Assembly: GCA_035479795.1 (NCBI GenBank)
Contig: DATIII010000004.1
Coordinates: forward strand, 15,668-79,667
Direction of reading: 5' to 3'
DNA length: 64,000 bases
Origin: Candidatus Saccharimonadales bacterium
GTDB taxonomy: Bacteria; Patescibacteriota; Saccharimonadia; UBA4664; SCTI01
This document shows, one piece after another, positions 63,866 through 64,000 of the stretch. The position numbers and the translations under genes were made by a program. The notes beneath the pieces were generated by a model. It was not told the DNA's origin. It did not search any database and saw nothing but the letters and a program-made list of their open reading frames with translations. How positions within the stretch are numbered: the first letter of the stretch is position 1; every line of letters begins with the position of its first letter.

Positions 63866-64000
63866 ATGGAATTAGTGCTTGTGCTTGGAGTAGTGCTGCT
63901 CGTTGTCGTCGCCGGGTTTGGTGTCACGATCTATTTCTTGAATCGTCGATTGGCGGCTATGCAAGACAACACCGCTTTGGGGCTGATCAAACAGGACCTG
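63866..64000 (+). CDS. N-terminal fragment of a membrane-anchored protein (3' end outside window)
   Basis: MELVLVLGVVLLVVVAGFGVTIYFLNRRLAAMQDN...; the single N-terminal TM followed by a polar region would fit RNase Y, but that is unproven. Confidence 0.3.
   Translation, partial: MELVLVLGVVLLVVVAGFGVTIYFLNRRLAAMQDNTALGLIKQDL

Noticed and set aside
1-64000. Looked for CRISPR arrays, rRNA genes, transposase/IS elements and integrase genes.
   Set aside because: None recognised. The tandem repeats present are 7-nt units, not CRISPR-like repeat-spacer units; no transposase or integrase signatures seen.

Overview
This window looks like a compact bacterial chromosome segment, about 50% GC by eye. 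Genes are tightly packed, and many adjacent genes overlap by 1-4 nt (ATGA/TAATG junctions).

Recognisable housekeeping content:
- Translation: thrS behind a Thr T-box leader, argS, infC-rpmI-rplT, rplY, rpmB, smpB, miaA, eight tRNAs and an RNase P RNA.
- Cell envelope: murT-gatD, a WecA/MraY-family transferase, a processive GT2 synthase, a WbaP-type sugar transferase, three GT4 glycosyltransferases, an LCP protein, bactofilin, a PilB/GspE ATPase and a site-2 protease.
- Nucleotide and DNA metabolism: nrdR, RNase HI, a nucleoside 2-deoxyribosyltransferase, a Y-family polymerase, and a UvrD-like helicase fused to a PD-(D/E)xK nuclease.

Several GC-rich islets (about 60-65% by eye) carry proteins of unknown function, at 1690-2320, 12400-15360, 17880-18540, 41900-42400, 48020-48760 and 63290-63800. 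Two of these lie beside tRNA genes and one carries a Mu Gam-like protein.

Four things stand out in the hunt:
1. A module next to tRNA-Pro(GGG) with a duplicated tRNA 3' end (att-like scar): a deoxynucleoside-kinase-like gene, two tandem dCTP-deaminase paralogs whose catalytic motifs are degenerate in complementary ways, and a divergent wHTH-Nudix gene.
2. A recurrent promoter-region element built from tandem heptamers of AGGATTC/GAATCCT arranged as inverted arrays, upstream of envelope and regulatory genes.
3. A roughly 490-nt GC-rich transcript with its own promoter and terminator and no ORF, carrying a Shine-Dalgarno-led 20-codon peptide and mutually exclusive hairpins.
4. A Clp-type double-AAA+ ATPase with an N-terminal transmembrane anchor.

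The lineage is uncertain. A small-genome Gram-positive-type or Patescibacteria-like organism is possible but not demonstrated. No CRISPR array or rRNA was seen.
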